A model generated the notes under the pieces. That model was not told the DNA's origin. It was given only the letters and a program-made list of their open reading frames with translations, and did no database searches. 64,000 nt of DNA from positions 96,001-160,000 of the forward strand of contig JBMNLI010000012.1 of assembly GCA_050952645.1 (NCBI GenBank), written 5' to 3'. Positions 50,801 to 61,436 of this stretch are shown here, piece by piece. Each line of letters begins with the position of its first letter. Within the stretch, counting starts at the first letter, position 1. The stretch comes from Bdellovibrionota bacterium (GTDB lineage: Bacteria > Bdellovibrionota_C > UBA2361 > CAKMMH01). The translations under genes and the position numbers were made by a program.

Positions 50801-51421
50801 ACCTCTTTTTCTATGAGCTAAAATGTCTTTTATATCGATTAAAGACCTTATTTCTTCTTGGCTGATAGTATCTATTTTCATGATTTCGTGAGATGTTCTA
50901 AATCCATCAAAGAAGTGCATAAAAGGAACACTAGCTTTTAGAGTAGCCATATGTGCTATAAGCCCCATATCCATGCTTTCTTGAACCGAGCTAGAAGCTA
51001 GCATTGCAAAGCCAGTTTGCCTGCAAGCGTAGACGTCACTGTGGTCGCCAAAAATTGATAGAGCGTGAGCTGCTAGCGTTCTTGCAGCAACGTGAAATAC
51101 CGTTGGAGTAAGTTCTCCAGCGATTTTATACATATTTGGGATCATAAGCAGTAAGCCTTGAGAGGCAGTGTAGGTTGTGCTTAATGCTCCAGCTTGCAAA
51201 GCTCCGTGCACAGCGCCTGCTGCACCTCCTTCGCTTTGCATTTCGTAAACTCTTGGAACCGTTCCAAATACATTTTTCATATTTTTTGCGCTCCATACAT
51301 CTGAAAATTCTCCCATTGGAGATGATGGAGTAATTGGATATATAGCGATTACCTCGCTTAAATTAAATCCAATATGAGCGGCTGCTTCATTTGCGTCCAT
51401 TATTGCTTTTTTATTACTCAT
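47894..51421 (-). CDS. nifJ: Pyruvate:ferredoxin (flavodoxin) oxidoreductase
   Basis: YPITPSS, EMQSEGGAAG, two 4Fe-4S motifs (CIQCGKC, CTGCGLC), FSGACQGCGE, GGDGWAYDIG. AAGGAA RBS favours ATG 51421. Confidence 0.97.
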   Translation of the reverse strand: MSNKKAIMDANEAAAHIGFNLSEVIAIYPITPSSPMGEFSDVWSAKNMKNVFGTVPRVYEMQSEGGAAGAVHGALQAGALSTTYTASQGLLLMIPNMYKIAGELTPTVFHVAARTLAAHALSIFGDHSDVYACRQTGFAMLASSSVQESMDMGLIAHMATLKASVPFMHFFDGFRTSHEIMKIDTISQEEIRSLIDIKDILAHRKRGLSPDNPCIRGTAQNADVFFQSREAANVYYEKTPQIVKEAMEKLEKLTGRHYDLFDYYGAKDADRILILMGSGAETAQEVVDYMNSKMNEKVGVLKVHLYRPFSVKDFIDSIPTSVKSIAVLDRTKEAGSLGEPLYLDTVAAFAESDRKVKIIGGRYGLSSKEFTPAMIKAVYDELKKENPKNHFTVGINDDLTHTSLDYDPNFRTEDESTFRGIFIGLGSDGTVGANKNSIKIIGEETDNYTQGYFVYDSKKSGGLTKSHLRFGKNKIKSIYLIDNANFVACHQFSFVEKLDVLREAAKGATFLLNAPYDKDEVWDKLPKELQQDIIDKEIEFYAINAYDVALKNGMGTRTNTIMQTCFFAIANILPKNEAIEKIKEAIKKTFGKKGDEVVQKNFKVVDESLVHLHKIDYPKEATSKITRKKAVSDKAPEFVKKVLAPMMVGDGENLKVSELPADGTFPSATTKWEKRAIALSVPEWDPEACIQCGKCSIVCPHGVIRMKAYDEAKLKDAPSGFKSCDVLDKTFPEGTKFTLQLSTEDCTGCGLCVENCPVKSKKIEGGKALNFVPFEPIREREVENWEFFNSIDYVDRSKVKHDTVKGSQLLEPLFEFSGACQGCGETPYVKLVTQLFGDRMLIANATGCSSIYGGNLPTTPYAKNKDGRGPAWANSLFEDNAEFGLGFRLAVDKKQVQAKELLLKLKSQVGESLANDILNASQETEEEITAQRARVEELKNKLKDDNSDDALELVSLSDYLIKKSVWIFGGDGWAYDIGYGGLDHVLASGQNVNVLLLDTEVYSNTGGQMSKSTPTGAVAQFAAAGKANRKKDIGLHAMSYKNVYVASISLGANDAHALKAIIEAEKHDGPSLIICYAHCIAHGINLRNGLTQQKNAVNSGHWLLYRYNPANVNEGKNPLTLDSKEPSIPLTNYIYNENRYKMLVKSNPERAEQLANVAQKNVQERFEYYKKLASM

Positions 51422-51588
51422 AAATAATTTCCTTTTTAACAAAAATAATTTAACAAAAATAAATTAAATCATAACTCATTTAAATTTTTTCATAAGTTCT
51501 TTATTTAAATTATCCTATATCATAAAATTAAAAAATTCTAGTAATCGGTAATTTAAAAAAGAATGAGATTTAATTTTATTTAAATTTT

Positions 51589-52377
51589 CTATCTAAAATC
51601 TAGCAACTCTATCTCAAAGATTAAAAGAGAATTTGGTTCGATACCACCAGTGCCATTTTCGCCGTAAGCAAGTTCAGGTTTGATATAAAACTTAAACTTA
51701 GAGCCTTTATTCATAAGTTGCACACCTTCTGTCCACCCTGCGATTACGCCTTGAAGTGGAAACTCTATAGGCTCATTTCTTTTGTAAGAGCTATCGAACT
51801 CGATGCCATCTATCGTCGTTCCTTTGTAATGAACTTTTACCGTGCTTTCTTTTGTAGGGTTTTCCCCTTTACCTTCCTTTAAAATTTCGTATTGAAGTCC
51901 CGAAGCAGTTTCTTTAACTTTTGAATTTTTCTTATTTGTTTCTAAGAATTGTCTTGCCTCTTTTAAGTTTTTTTCTTTCATTTCTTCAAAAGCTTTCATT
52001 TGTTTTTCTTGAAGTTCTTTAGTAGCAGCTTCTCTTACTCTTGTCATTTCTTCTTCAGATAAAGCTAGCGTTTTTCCCTCTAACTCATCTATTAAGCCCT
52101 TTTTAAAAAACTCTCTATCTATTTGCATAGGAATGGCTTTTAGCGATTGAGCAGTATTAACTCCAACTAAATAGCTAAATTTTTCATTATCCGTTTTCAT
52201 ACTTAACTCCTTGTCGTTTTTTGAATTTTGATCGCATGCGCAAATAGCACTACTTTCTAGTGCTATATCTTTATTGTTATATTTATTGTTATCTTTATTG
52301 CTACCTTTTTTATCTTGATTGCACGCACAAACTAATAAAACTAAAAAAACGGTAGGCAAAAGTAATGCTTTTTTCAT
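51589..52377 (-). CDS. FKBP-type peptidyl-prolyl isomerase (FkpA/FklB-like), probable lipoprotein
   Basis: SGLQYEILKEG, VKVHYKGT, FDSSY, VIAGWTEG, PELAYG, LIFEIELL; lipobox-like VCAC. Confidence 0.93.
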   Translation of the reverse strand: MKKALLLPTVFLVLLVCACNQDKKGSNKDNNKYNNKDIALESSAICACDQNSKNDKELSMKTDNEKFSYLVGVNTAQSLKAIPMQIDREFFKKGLIDELEGKTLALSEEEMTRVREAATKELQEKQMKAFEEMKEKNLKEARQFLETNKKNSKVKETASGLQYEILKEGKGENPTKESTVKVHYKGTTIDGIEFDSSYKRNEPIEFPLQGVIAGWTEGVQLMNKGSKFKFYIKPELAYGENGTGGIEPNSLLIFEIELLDFR

Positions 52378-52600
52378 AATTTATACTCCTTTATCAACTT
52401 TAACTATCAACTTTAACTTTTAATCGATTTTTTATACTAATATTTTTTTTAAAACATTATTAAAAAATTTTAACAACTATATTTAAGATACTACTACATT
52501 TATTTGCATATAAAAATAGCAGAATTTCATAAGGAAGTTTTTATTTTGCAAAAAAATCAAAATAAAATTAAAATGAATTTAAAATAAATTTAAAATAAAT

Positions 52601-52924
52601 TTAAAATGAATAGGGGGAAGCTTTATTTTTCATAATTTCTAAAATTATATCTAGGTTATCATCTTTAGATACTTTATTTAATTTTTCCGCATTACATTTA
52701 AGACACTTATGAACGATATAATCTTTTCCATTTTTTCTAATAAAATCGATAGGTTCCATTAATCCAAGACAAGAGTTTTCTCTATCTCCTGGGTTTATAT
52801 CGACGTGTTTAGAGTACAGACACTTAGGGCAGTGGTTAGTATAGCCGCTTCCAATTACGTGAAACCCACAGTTTTCGCATATGAAATCTTCTTTGTTTTT
52901 TATAAACCGTTGTTTTTTAAGCAT
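52601..52924 (-). CDS. RNHCP domain-containing zinc-ribbon protein
   Basis: FICENCG...GYTNHCPKCLYSKHVD...PGDR...CLGLMEP...HKCLKC. Start probably ATG 52924 rather than 53026. Confidence 0.85.
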   Translation of the reverse strand: MLKKQRFIKNKEDFICENCGFHVIGSGYTNHCPKCLYSKHVDINPGDRENSCLGLMEPIDFIRKNGKDYIVHKCLKCNAEKLNKVSKDDNLDIILEIMKNKASPYSF

Positions 52925-53241
52925 ATTTTGTTTTTTGATAAATAGTTTATTACGTAAACTAGAATATTCTATTTTATTTAGCAAAAAAAGTGAAGCATTT
53001 TCATTAGTTGTGCCGATACTAAGCATAAGCAGTAAAGCTTTTGCTACAATAGTTTTTTAATGTTTTTACTTAAAATAAAATTTAAACTAAAAACTTTAAT
53101 TAAAGATTTTTGTATTTTTGTTTGAATATAATGCTTTTTCATACTAATATAATTATATAAGTGTGTAAAATGTGTTAAAAGAAAAACTAAAAATTTATAA
53201 CTAAATAAATTATTATTAAGTAAATTTAAGGAATAAATAAG

Positions 53242-54057
53242 ATGGGATTTAATCCAGTAGATAGAGATAGAAAGATACCAACCGAGCCAAAAGCAGAACA
53301 ACAACGAGCAGGTTTAAGCGGTGTTAATATAAGTGTGCAAAATAGAGATCTAGTAAACGGCGAAACTGTATCTGTTAAGGCTAATAAGGCTAATTTAAGA
53401 CAAGATTTAAGACAAGAAAGAGCAGTAGGGGCTAAAGAAGTTAAAGCTGAAAATAAAAGTAGAAGAAGTAGGGCAATCTCTGTTTCTGTTGACAATCTTG
53501 TTAGGAACTCAAATGCAACAACGCAAGCTAATGTAAATAATAAAGACGCAAATGCTAATATAAGCGTAGAAGCACAAAATGCTTTTAAGGCTTCTGAAAG
53601 TTCAACAATTGACAGTCCTAGCAATTCAGTTTCAGAAGATAGGTTAAGAGCTTCAAATTCATTAAATGAAATTACTAATCAAGATACTTCTGTAGTAGTA
53701 GATGGGAATCTTAATATTAATAATAGCACTCCATACACAGTGGAGAATTCTAATATTCTCGGGCGATACGATGTTGTTAACAAAGATGGAACAGTTTATA
53801 CTTTAGCAAATTATAATGGACCTAAGGCTAATAGAACTGAATTGGCTATGAGTATTATTGGGGCTCTTGCAAAAGGTTATGCTAATTCTGTTATTCAAGT
53901 AGCTGCTCAAAATGTTGGTGGTCCATTAGCTGGCGCTGCAGCTAGTGTCGCGATAGATGCTACTGGTGCCACGATAAGAAGAGCTTGTCAAAGCGGTCTT
54001 TTTAAACAAGGTAATAATCAAGGCACAGGCATTAAATACATGACGACATCAGCTTAA
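53242..54057 (+). CDS. Hypothetical protein: polar N-terminus, Gly/Ala-rich hydrophobic C-terminal helices
   Basis: 271 aa with AAGGA RBS; no signal peptide. Confidence 0.7.
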   Translation: MGFNPVDRDRKIPTEPKAEQQRAGLSGVNISVQNRDLVNGETVSVKANKANLRQDLRQERAVGAKEVKAENKSRRSRAISVSVDNLVRNSNATTQANVNNKDANANISVEAQNAFKASESSTIDSPSNSVSEDRLRASNSLNEITNQDTSVVVDGNLNINNSTPYTVENSNILGRYDVVNKDGTVYTLANYNGPKANRTELAMSIIGALAKGYANSVIQVAAQNVGGPLAGAAASVAIDATGATIRRACQSGLFKQGNNQGTGIKYMTTSA

Positions 54058-54150
54058 AGTTTTTTTAAATAGTTTTATTTTTTTATTTGATTTTAATTTT
54101 TTTAAATTTTGAGGTTATTTATTATATATTAAAAAAGGAAATAGGTTTTA

Positions 54151-54561
54151 ATGACGCTAGGCACATATACTCAAGATATATTTGACCTCGAGATACAGGC
54201 ATGGTGTTACGGATTAAAAAACTATCCTGGAGAAATTTATACAGACTTAGTTTTAGCCGTTATAGATGAGGTCACTCCCTGCTTTATAGAAGCCTTAAAA
54301 TCAAACTTACAGTTTAGCGTCGTCGATATAGCTAATAAGTTCGTAGAAGCTAGCCATTACGTAGTCGACCATTACACGATCACAAAACTTATCTGTCAAA
54401 AACTTCCTAATCCAAACGAATTAACTGATAATGCTAATGATATGGACGAATTATATTTAATAGCAAATATTCTAAGCGAAATAGAAGAACACTACGTAGG
54501 CTTTCACGCAGTGATGGAAGATTATTGGAGCCAAGCCCCGGCAGACGAAAGCGTCGCCTAA
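54151..54561 (+). CDS. Small acidic hypothetical protein
   Basis: 136-aa ORF with RBS; DLEIQAWCYGLKNYPGEI. Confidence 0.7.
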   Translation: MTLGTYTQDIFDLEIQAWCYGLKNYPGEIYTDLVLAVIDEVTPCFIEALKSNLQFSVVDIANKFVEASHYVVDHYTITKLICQKLPNPNELTDNANDMDELYLIANILSEIEEHYVGFHAVMEDYWSQAPADESVA

Positions 54562-54585
54562 AATTATCAAATTATTTTTGTAATC

Positions 54586-54653
54586 AACACTTATAAATAA
54601 TCCTTATAAACAATCCTTATAAACAATCCTTATAAACAATCCTTATAAACAAT
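54586..54653. repeat. 13-bp tandem repeat AATCCTTATAAAC x4 plus one degenerate unit
   Basis: Perfect units start at 54599, 54612, 54625 and 54638. Confidence 0.95.
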
Positions 54654-54758
54654 TTGAAGCTATTTAGTCTTTTACTACATCTAATTTTAAAATTAAGAGT
54701 TTTTGTTAAAAGATATACGTAAGAAAAAATTCTTTTTTTAAAAGAGAGGTAAAGTTTT

Positions 54759-55076
54759 ATGACTAGTAGTAGTAGTAGTGATGAGTTTTCAGAGAATTAT
54801 TACGTAAGAGAGTTCTTAACTTATTATGCAGGGTTTGTGGCAAACTTAACCGACGGATTGGAAAAAGAGGCTAATGAAAATTTAAAACAATTAAATTTTT
54901 TAGATAAGAAAGCTAAAGATATATTGACTACCTCTATTTATAAAAAATTTAAAAAAAGAAAGGGAGACTTAATAAAATCATTTAATAAAAAATTAATTTT
55001 AAATTTAAATGATGATAAAATTTTAGCTGCGTTAGATAAAGCACAGCTATCACTTAAAAAATTTAATATACAATAA
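54759..55076 (+). CDS. Hypothetical protein
   Basis: 105-aa ORF with GAGG RBS. Confidence 0.6.
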   Translation: MTSSSSSDEFSENYYVREFLTYYAGFVANLTDGLEKEANENLKQLNFLDKKAKDILTTSIYKKFKKRKGDLIKSFNKKLILNLNDDKILAALDKAQLSLKKFNIQ

Positions 55077-55173
55077 TAAAAGCTAGAATAAAATAGCTAG
55101 AATAAAATAGGTAGTGTTTAGTTTTTTCACGAATTTTAAGTAAAATTTTATTTATATAAAGGATATAAAATAT

Positions 55174-55545
55174 ATGTTATTAGCTTATACGTATAACCAT
55201 AAAATAAAACCCGATAAACCTTTTCTTGCAATAATACCCGATCGTGGATTAGATAAAGAAGCAGAGCCAGTTCCAGTAGATAAGCTTGCGATTTCAGATG
55301 CAGCCGTTTTTTATATAAGTAATCAAGAAGCCGTAAGCGTTAAAACCGAAAATGGAGGACTAGTAATAAAACCATTAGCAGGGCAACAACTATACATTAC
55401 GACTAACCTTTCAGATCGCCCAGGGATTTCTGCAAAAGAAATAAAGATAGAAAAATCTCAAGCAAAAGGAAACTATACTAGCTTTTACAAAAAAGAAAAA
55501 GACACTACTTGGAACGCTTGGACGCCTCAAAGCTTGCAAATATAA
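55174..55545 (+). CDS. Hypothetical protein
   Basis: 123-aa ORF with AAGGA RBS. Confidence 0.6.
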   Translation: MLLAYTYNHKIKPDKPFLAIIPDRGLDKEAEPVPVDKLAISDAAVFYISNQEAVSVKTENGGLVIKPLAGQQLYITTNLSDRPGISAKEIKIEKSQAKGNYTSFYKKEKDTTWNAWTPQSLQI

Positions 55546-55932
55546 GAGATACTTATTTTTTATTTTATTTCTTTTATTTCTTTTATTTTCTTTTCTTTCT
55601 TGTTTTCTTTTATTTTCTTTTCTTTCGTTTTATTTCCTGTTTTCTTTTATTTTCTTTCTTTCTTTCTTTCTTTCTTCTTTTTTTTCTCCTTTCTCTTTCT
55701 CCTTCTCTTTTTTCTTTCTCTTTATCTTATTTAAAGAGTGATTATAAAGAGCAAATTATAAGGAGCAAAAAGCAATATCAAGAATAAAAACTCCTTAAAT
55801 AAATCTTGAATTTCCTATATTAATGATTACTTAAAATAGTTAGAGTGCCTAGCTTTAAGTTTAAGAGCGTTTTTTCTAAATGAGCTTAGCGTGTAAAACT
55901 AAAGAAATAAAAATAAAAAGGAAGTTTGTAAA

Positions 55933-56925
55933 TTGCAATACCAAGATTACTATAAAACATTAAATGTAGATAGAAAGGCTACGAGTGATGAAATTCAAAA
56001 AGCTTACAGAAAACTTGCAAGAAAATATCACCCCGATGTTAATAAAGAAAAAGGAGCTGAGGAAAAATTCACGCAAATAAATGAAGCTTACGAAGTTTTA
56101 AAAGACCCTGAAAAAAGAAGACTCTACGATTCTCTTGGTTCTAATTGGAAAGCTGGTCAACAATTTGGCGCTGGTGGGGCTAATAAAGGATTTGCTAACT
56201 GGCAAGATTTTATGAAAGGAGGTCAGAAAGGCTACACTTATAGGACATCTACAAATTTTGACACTGGCGGTTTTAGCGAGTTTTTTAGTTCTCTTTTTGG
56301 TGGGGGAGGCTTTAGTGGGGGAGATGGAAGTGATATCTTTTCTAATCTAGGCGGATTTTCTAAAGCTAAAAGTGGGGTAAATGCGTCAAACTATGGAAGT
56401 TCTAGCAGCGATAATAGTCAAGTTTTTGACATTTTTATAAGCGCTAAGGAATGCATCTTAGGCACTGAAAGAATCCTTACTATTACTAAAGGGGAAACGC
56501 AAAAGAAATTGAAAATAAAAATCCCTAAAGGCACTACTGATAAAAAATATATAAGGATAAAAGATAAAGATTTAGGAATTATTAAAATAAGAGTAAACGT
56601 AACGGATGATGCTAATATTTTAATTAAAGGAAAGGATATCTACTTAACGGTTCCTATCGAAGCTTACGAGGCGGCGCTAGGCACTACGCTAGAGTTTGAT
56701 TCGTTTTTTGGAAAAGTTAACGTAAAGCTTCCAGCAGGTTCGGGAAGTGGAGCAAAGTTAAAATTAAAAGGCAAAGGCATAGAAGCTAAAGATGGCGTAG
56801 GAGATTTATACATAGTAGTGCAAATTAAAGTGCCAAAATCTTTAACTAAAGAACAAAAAGAATTGTATGAAAAGATAGCTAAAATTTCAGATAATCTAGC
56901 TAAGAAAGAAAGGAGTAAATTATAA
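55933..56925 (+). CDS. cbpA: DnaJ-class chaperone without Zn finger (CbpA-like)
   Basis: DYYKTL, KYHPD J-domain, G/F-rich region, DnaJ_C (EAALG, LKGKG, GDLYI); TTG start. Confidence 0.88.
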   Translation: MQYQDYYKTLNVDRKATSDEIQKAYRKLARKYHPDVNKEKGAEEKFTQINEAYEVLKDPEKRRLYDSLGSNWKAGQQFGAGGANKGFANWQDFMKGGQKGYTYRTSTNFDTGGFSEFFSSLFGGGGFSGGDGSDIFSNLGGFSKAKSGVNASNYGSSSSDNSQVFDIFISAKECILGTERILTITKGETQKKLKIKIPKGTTDKKYIRIKDKDLGIIKIRVNVTDDANILIKGKDIYLTVPIEAYEAALGTTLEFDSFFGKVNVKLPAGSGSGAKLKLKGKGIEAKDGVGDLYIVVQIKVPKSLTKEQKELYEKIAKISDNLAKKERSKL

Positions 56926-56969
56926 AAGTTAAATTAAAAATTAAGAATTCAATTTATAAGGAATAAATT

Positions 56970-59564
56970 ATGATAAATTTAAATAACTATACGATAAAAA
57001 CTAGAGAATGCTTAGAGCTTGCGCAAAAAAAGCTCGTTAAAATGTCTCATCAAGAGCTTTCATCTGTGCATATTTTTTATGCGATGCTAGAGCAAGGCGA
57101 GGATATTATAAAAGATATTTTTGCTAAAAATAATTTAAATATAAGCACATTAAAAAGAGAAACTGAAGAACTTTTAAAAAAGATTCCAAGTGTTAAAGGC
57201 TCTTCTAAAGAACTAGATAAGATATACGTAACCTCAGAGCTTCAAAAAGTTTTTTTAGAGGCTGAAAATATTAAAAATAACTTTAAAGATGAATACGTTT
57301 CTTTAGAACATCTTTTGCTAGCAATAATAACTATAGATAATCCTATAAAAGAATATTTAAATGAGAAAGGATTAACTCAAAATAAAATTTTATCATCTTT
57401 AGAAGTGCTTAGAGGAAATCAACAAATAACATCGCAAAACCCTGAGGGTACTTATAACGTTCTAAAAAAATATGGAAGAGATTTACTAGAAGAAGCAAAG
57501 CTAAATAAACTAGAACCTATCATCGGGCGAGATGAAGAGATAAGAAGAGCAGTGCAAATTCTTTCAAGGAAAACTAAAAATAACCCAGTGTTAATAGGAG
57601 AGCCAGGGGTAGGGAAAACTGCGATAGTCGAAGGACTAGCTCAAAGAATCTTAAAAAATGAAGTCCCAGAATCTCTTAAAAATAAGACTATATTTGCACT
57701 CGATATGGGGGCGCTAGTAGCAGGGGCTAAATATAGAGGGGAGTTTGAGGAAAGATTAAAGGCGGTTTTAAATGAGGTAAAAAACTCTAATGGCAATATT
57801 ATATTATTTATCGATGAACTCCATTTAATAGTAGGTGCAGGAAAAACCGATGGTGCCATGGACGCAGGAAATATGCTAAAGCCTATCTTAGCTAGAGGGG
57901 AGCTTCACTGTATAGGGGCTACTACTTTAGATGAGTACAGAAAGTATATAGAAAAAGATAAGGCGTTAGAGAGACGTTTTCAGCCTATTATAGTAAGAGA
58001 GCCTAGCATAGAAGATACGATCTCAATCTTAAGAGGTATTAAGGATAGGTATGAACTTCACCATGGGGTAGTTATAAAAGATGCCGCTTTAATTAGTGCT
58101 GCCAAAATGTCTGCTAGATATATTGGAGATAGATATTTACCAGATAAAGCTATAGATTTAGTAGATGAGGCTTGTGCTAGAATAAGAACCGATATCGACT
58201 CTATGCCTTATGAGATAGAAGAGATAAACAGAAAAATTGTAGAGCTTCAAATAGAAGAGGTCGCTTTAAAAAGAGAAATAGAAACGGATTCGGAAAAAAG
58301 GCTAAATGAAATAAAAAAAGAATTAGAAGATTTACAGGAAAAAGCAAGTAAACTTAATACTCAGTGGAATACCGAAAAAGCTTTACTTCTCGAAGTGCGA
58401 GAGATTAAAGAAGAAATAGAAAATGTAAGGTTTGGAATTGAACAAGCACAACGCAAGTTTGATTTAGATAAAGTTGCTAAATTAAAACATGGTACTTTGC
58501 CTGAATTAAAAGCTAAGTTAAAAGAAAAAGAAGAAAAGATAGAAAATTTTGATACTAAACTTTTAAGAGAAACGGTTGGAGAAGAAGAGATAGCTAATAT
58601 AGTTTCAAAATGGACTAATATTCCATTAGATAGATTAGTAGAAACTGAAAGACAAAAACTTTTAAAACTAGAAGAAAGACTTCAAAAAAGAGTGATAGGT
58701 CAAGATGAAGCTACGAAACTAGTATCGAATGCTATAATAAGAGCTAGGTCGGGTATAAAAGACCCACAAAAGCCTATAGGTAGTTTTATGTTTTTAGGTT
58801 CTACTGGTGTTGGTAAAACTGAACTTGCTAAGGCGCTTGCAGAATGCTTGTTTGATAACGATAAAAATATAGTGCGTATAGATATGAGCGAGTATATGGA
58901 AGCTCACACGGTGTCGAAACTTATAGGAGCACCTCCAGGGTATGTGGGGTTTGATGAAGGAGGGCAACTTACGGAAGCTATAAGAAGAAATCCATATTCG
59001 ATAGTGCTTTTTGATGAAATAGAAAAAGCTCATGGTGATGTTTTAAATATATTGCTTCAAGTTTTAGATGATGGAAGATTGACCGACTCGACTGGGAAAA
59101 TAGTCGATTTTACGAATACTATCGTAATTATGACATCTAATTTGGGGGCTGAGTATTTAACGGCTGCAATTAATGGAGAAATTTCCCTAGAGAAAGCAAA
59201 AGAGAAACTTATAAAGAGTTTAAAAACGAAATTTAAGCCAGAGTTTTTAAATAGAATAAATGAGATAATAGTATTTAATCCTTTAACTAAAAATGAGGTC
59301 TTAAGTATTGTAGAAAAGATGTTAAATGAAACTAGAGTGCGTTTAAAAGATATGGATTTATCTTTAGAGGTTTCTAAAGAAGCAAAAGATTATATAGCAA
59401 AAGTTGGCTTCGACCCTATCTATGGGGCTAGACCACTTCAAAGATATATTCAAAATACTCTTGAAACTATGCTTGCTAAAACCATAGTAGCTGAGAATTT
59501 AGGAAAAGGCTCTAGGCTTTTTGTAGATGTAGAAAATAAAGAACTTAAAGTTTCTGTAAAATAA
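56970..59564 (+). CDS. clpB: ATP-dependent chaperone ClpB
   Basis: Two AAA+ domains ([16 protein letters not shown]), coiled-coil M domain, RIDMSEY, YGARPL. Confidence 0.96.
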   Translation: MINLNNYTIKTRECLELAQKKLVKMSHQELSSVHIFYAMLEQGEDIIKDIFAKNNLNISTLKRETEELLKKIPSVKGSSKELDKIYVTSELQKVFLEAENIKNNFKDEYVSLEHLLLAIITIDNPIKEYLNEKGLTQNKILSSLEVLRGNQQITSQNPEGTYNVLKKYGRDLLEEAKLNKLEPIIGRDEEIRRAVQILSRKTKNNPVLIGEPGVGKTAIVEGLAQRILKNEVPESLKNKTIFALDMGALVAGAKYRGEFEERLKAVLNEVKNSNGNIILFIDELHLIVGAGKTDGAMDAGNMLKPILARGELHCIGATTLDEYRKYIEKDKALERRFQPIIVREPSIEDTISILRGIKDRYELHHGVVIKDAALISAAKMSARYIGDRYLPDKAIDLVDEACARIRTDIDSMPYEIEEINRKIVELQIEEVALKREIETDSEKRLNEIKKELEDLQEKASKLNTQWNTEKALLLEVREIKEEIENVRFGIEQAQRKFDLDKVAKLKHGTLPELKAKLKEKEEKIENFDTKLLRETVGEEEIANIVSKWTNIPLDRLVETERQKLLKLEERLQKRVIGQDEATKLVSNAIIRARSGIKDPQKPIGSFMFLGSTGVGKTELAKALAECLFDNDKNIVRIDMSEYMEAHTVSKLIGAPPGYVGFDEGGQLTEAIRRNPYSIVLFDEIEKAHGDVLNILLQVLDDGRLTDSTGKIVDFTNTIVIMTSNLGAEYLTAAINGEISLEKAKEKLIKSLKTKFKPEFLNRINEIIVFNPLTKNEVLSIVEKMLNETRVRLKDMDLSLEVSKEAKDYIAKVGFDPIYGARPLQRYIQNTLETMLAKTIVAENLGKGSRLFVDVENKELKVSVK

Positions 59565-59735
59565 CTGATTTTCACGTTTTAGGTGGGGTGAAGAAAGTTG
59601 CTAGGTAAAAATTTTAAGCATTTTAAGTTAAAGCCTCTTAAAATATAAAGGAGTAAAATACCAAGAACTAAAATACAAAGAACTACAATGCGAAGAACTA
59701 CAATGCGAAGAACTAAATAGTTTAAAGATATAAGT

Positions 59736-61403
59736 TTAAGGGGCGACTTTCACATAGCTTAATTCATATTCCCTTAAATCGTGAGCAGGGTCTTTTACAG
59801 TGATTAGCTTTAAATTTTTTTCTTCAAATAATTTTGCATATATTTTAGTTTTTCTAGAGTTTTTATGTCCGATAATGGTAATGTTCTTACCAGATTGCTT
59901 TGCTAAATTTATATAATTATTTATTAGTCTCCTATTAGGAGCAGAAGGAACGTACATAACGATAGCATCCTTATTAGAGTTATTTATACTATTTATAAAT
60001 GAGCCGCCCCACTCAGTGTGTATTAAAAGAGACTGGTTTGAATAATATCTATCTAATGTATCTATAAGAGTAGGGAGTGCAAAATCGATAGGTCTACTAG
60101 GTTCTAAGTGTAAGAATTTATACGTTAAAAAACATTGAGACATGCTAAAGGTAATAATAAATATGTTTTTTATAGTATAGTTATATTTAGAAATTATTTT
60201 ATAAGAGTAAAAAATTGCGAGAAGCAAAAAAGGATAGCATAAAACCACGTGATGCATAGCCCAGCTCCTTGGTGAAGCACTAATAGTATATAAAGTCGTT
60301 AGCGTTAAAAAAATAAGAAACAAAATAAGAAGTTTTTTATTTTTATGCACTCTTTTACTAAATATAACGTATGATATAAGGAGTATTATCGGAAGCCAAT
60401 TTAAAAATGCAAACAAGTAATTAGTAGCATGATAGTTAAAAAATTCATGCGACAATGTAAGTGTAGGATCTAGAACAAATTTATGTAAAACATCAAAATA
60501 GTGCTTAGAAATCGCCTTTATATCGTATATGGCGTTAGATGGCGTATTTTTCGTAATAATTTGAAAGTAATAATTATTCCACTTGTCTTTAGCAGTAAGT
60601 AGCAAAACCGTCGGAATTAAAAAAGTAAAAAAACAAATTATCAAACCTTTAAAAATTTTACTTATCCTAGAAAAGTTTTTATATTTTATTGCATCTTTAT
60701 AAAAAGTTTTTATCATAAATAATAAAGCTAAAATACCTAGCGCAGGATAATAAAAAGAATAACTAAGTCTAATAAAAATTCCAATAAAGGCAAGTAGACC
60801 TATAATAAACGAGTATAGATATATTTTCTTACTAGAGGTGGTTATAAATAATTTTTTAAGTAAATAATAAATAATAAATATAGAAGTGCATTGAAAAGAA
60901 AGTTGACCTAAATCGTATACGTGCTGAGATGAATATTGTAAAAATAATGTAAGAAATAGAAAAACACCCCATTTGTTAAGTTTGAAAATCTTTGATATAA
61001 TTAAAGCTTGAACGCCTAGCATTAAAAAGCCGACTAATCTTACCGAAAAAATGCTTTTCCATAATAACCATACGGGAAGAAAAAAAACATTCCCAAAAGA
61101 GCCTAAATAAAGGCAGCTTCTAAGTGGTAGATAAGGGCTACTCGGAAAAAAATCTTTTAAAACCGCAAGGTCTAGCTCCGAACATATTTTCCAATAAATA
61201 GTATCCTTTGGAGCAGAGCCGTAATAATTACAACCAAAAGTCCAATATTGAATATGCTCATCCATTTCAGCTGGAATATATTTAGAAAAGTAAACTATAC
61301 TAATAACACCAAAAACTATTACAAAAATAGGGAATGAAAAATGCTTAGTAGCTGTTATAAAAACTTTTTTTAAAGATAATAAAAACTCTGAAAACTTTAA
61401 CAT
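59736..61403 (-). CDS. Polytopic membrane protein, probable GT-C (ArnT/PMT-like) glycosyltransferase
   Basis: About 11-12 TM segments, DE dipeptide after the first TM (EMDEH), soluble C-terminal domain. Confidence 0.55.
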   Translation of the reverse strand: MLKFSEFLLSLKKVFITATKHFSFPIFVIVFGVISIVYFSKYIPAEMDEHIQYWTFGCNYYGSAPKDTIYWKICSELDLAVLKDFFPSSPYLPLRSCLYLGSFGNVFFLPVWLLWKSIFSVRLVGFLMLGVQALIISKIFKLNKWGVFLFLTLFLQYSSQHVYDLGQLSFQCTSIFIIYYLLKKLFITTSSKKIYLYSFIIGLLAFIGIFIRLSYSFYYPALGILALLFMIKTFYKDAIKYKNFSRISKIFKGLIICFFTFLIPTVLLLTAKDKWNNYYFQIITKNTPSNAIYDIKAISKHYFDVLHKFVLDPTLTLSHEFFNYHATNYLFAFLNWLPIILLISYVIFSKRVHKNKKLLILFLIFLTLTTLYTISASPRSWAMHHVVLCYPFLLLAIFYSYKIISKYNYTIKNIFIITFSMSQCFLTYKFLHLEPSRPIDFALPTLIDTLDRYYSNQSLLIHTEWGGSFINSINNSNKDAIVMYVPSAPNRRLINNYINLAKQSGKNITIIGHKNSRKTKIYAKLFEEKNLKLITVKDPAHDLREYELSYVKVAP

Positions 61404-61436
61404 TTTAAATACTCTTAACTTAAGCTAGATAAAAAA

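Noticed and set aside
54586..54653. CRISPR array
   Set aside because: Contiguous 13-bp units with no spacers and no cas genes.
55509..55787. 92-aa Phe-rich ORF
   Set aside because: Translation of the low-complexity pyrimidine tract; TTG start inside the previous gene.
55805..55850. CIRCE or sigma-32 site before cbpA-clpB
   Set aside because: Only a half-site (GAGTGCCTA) and CTTGAA without a CCCCAT -10; insufficient support.
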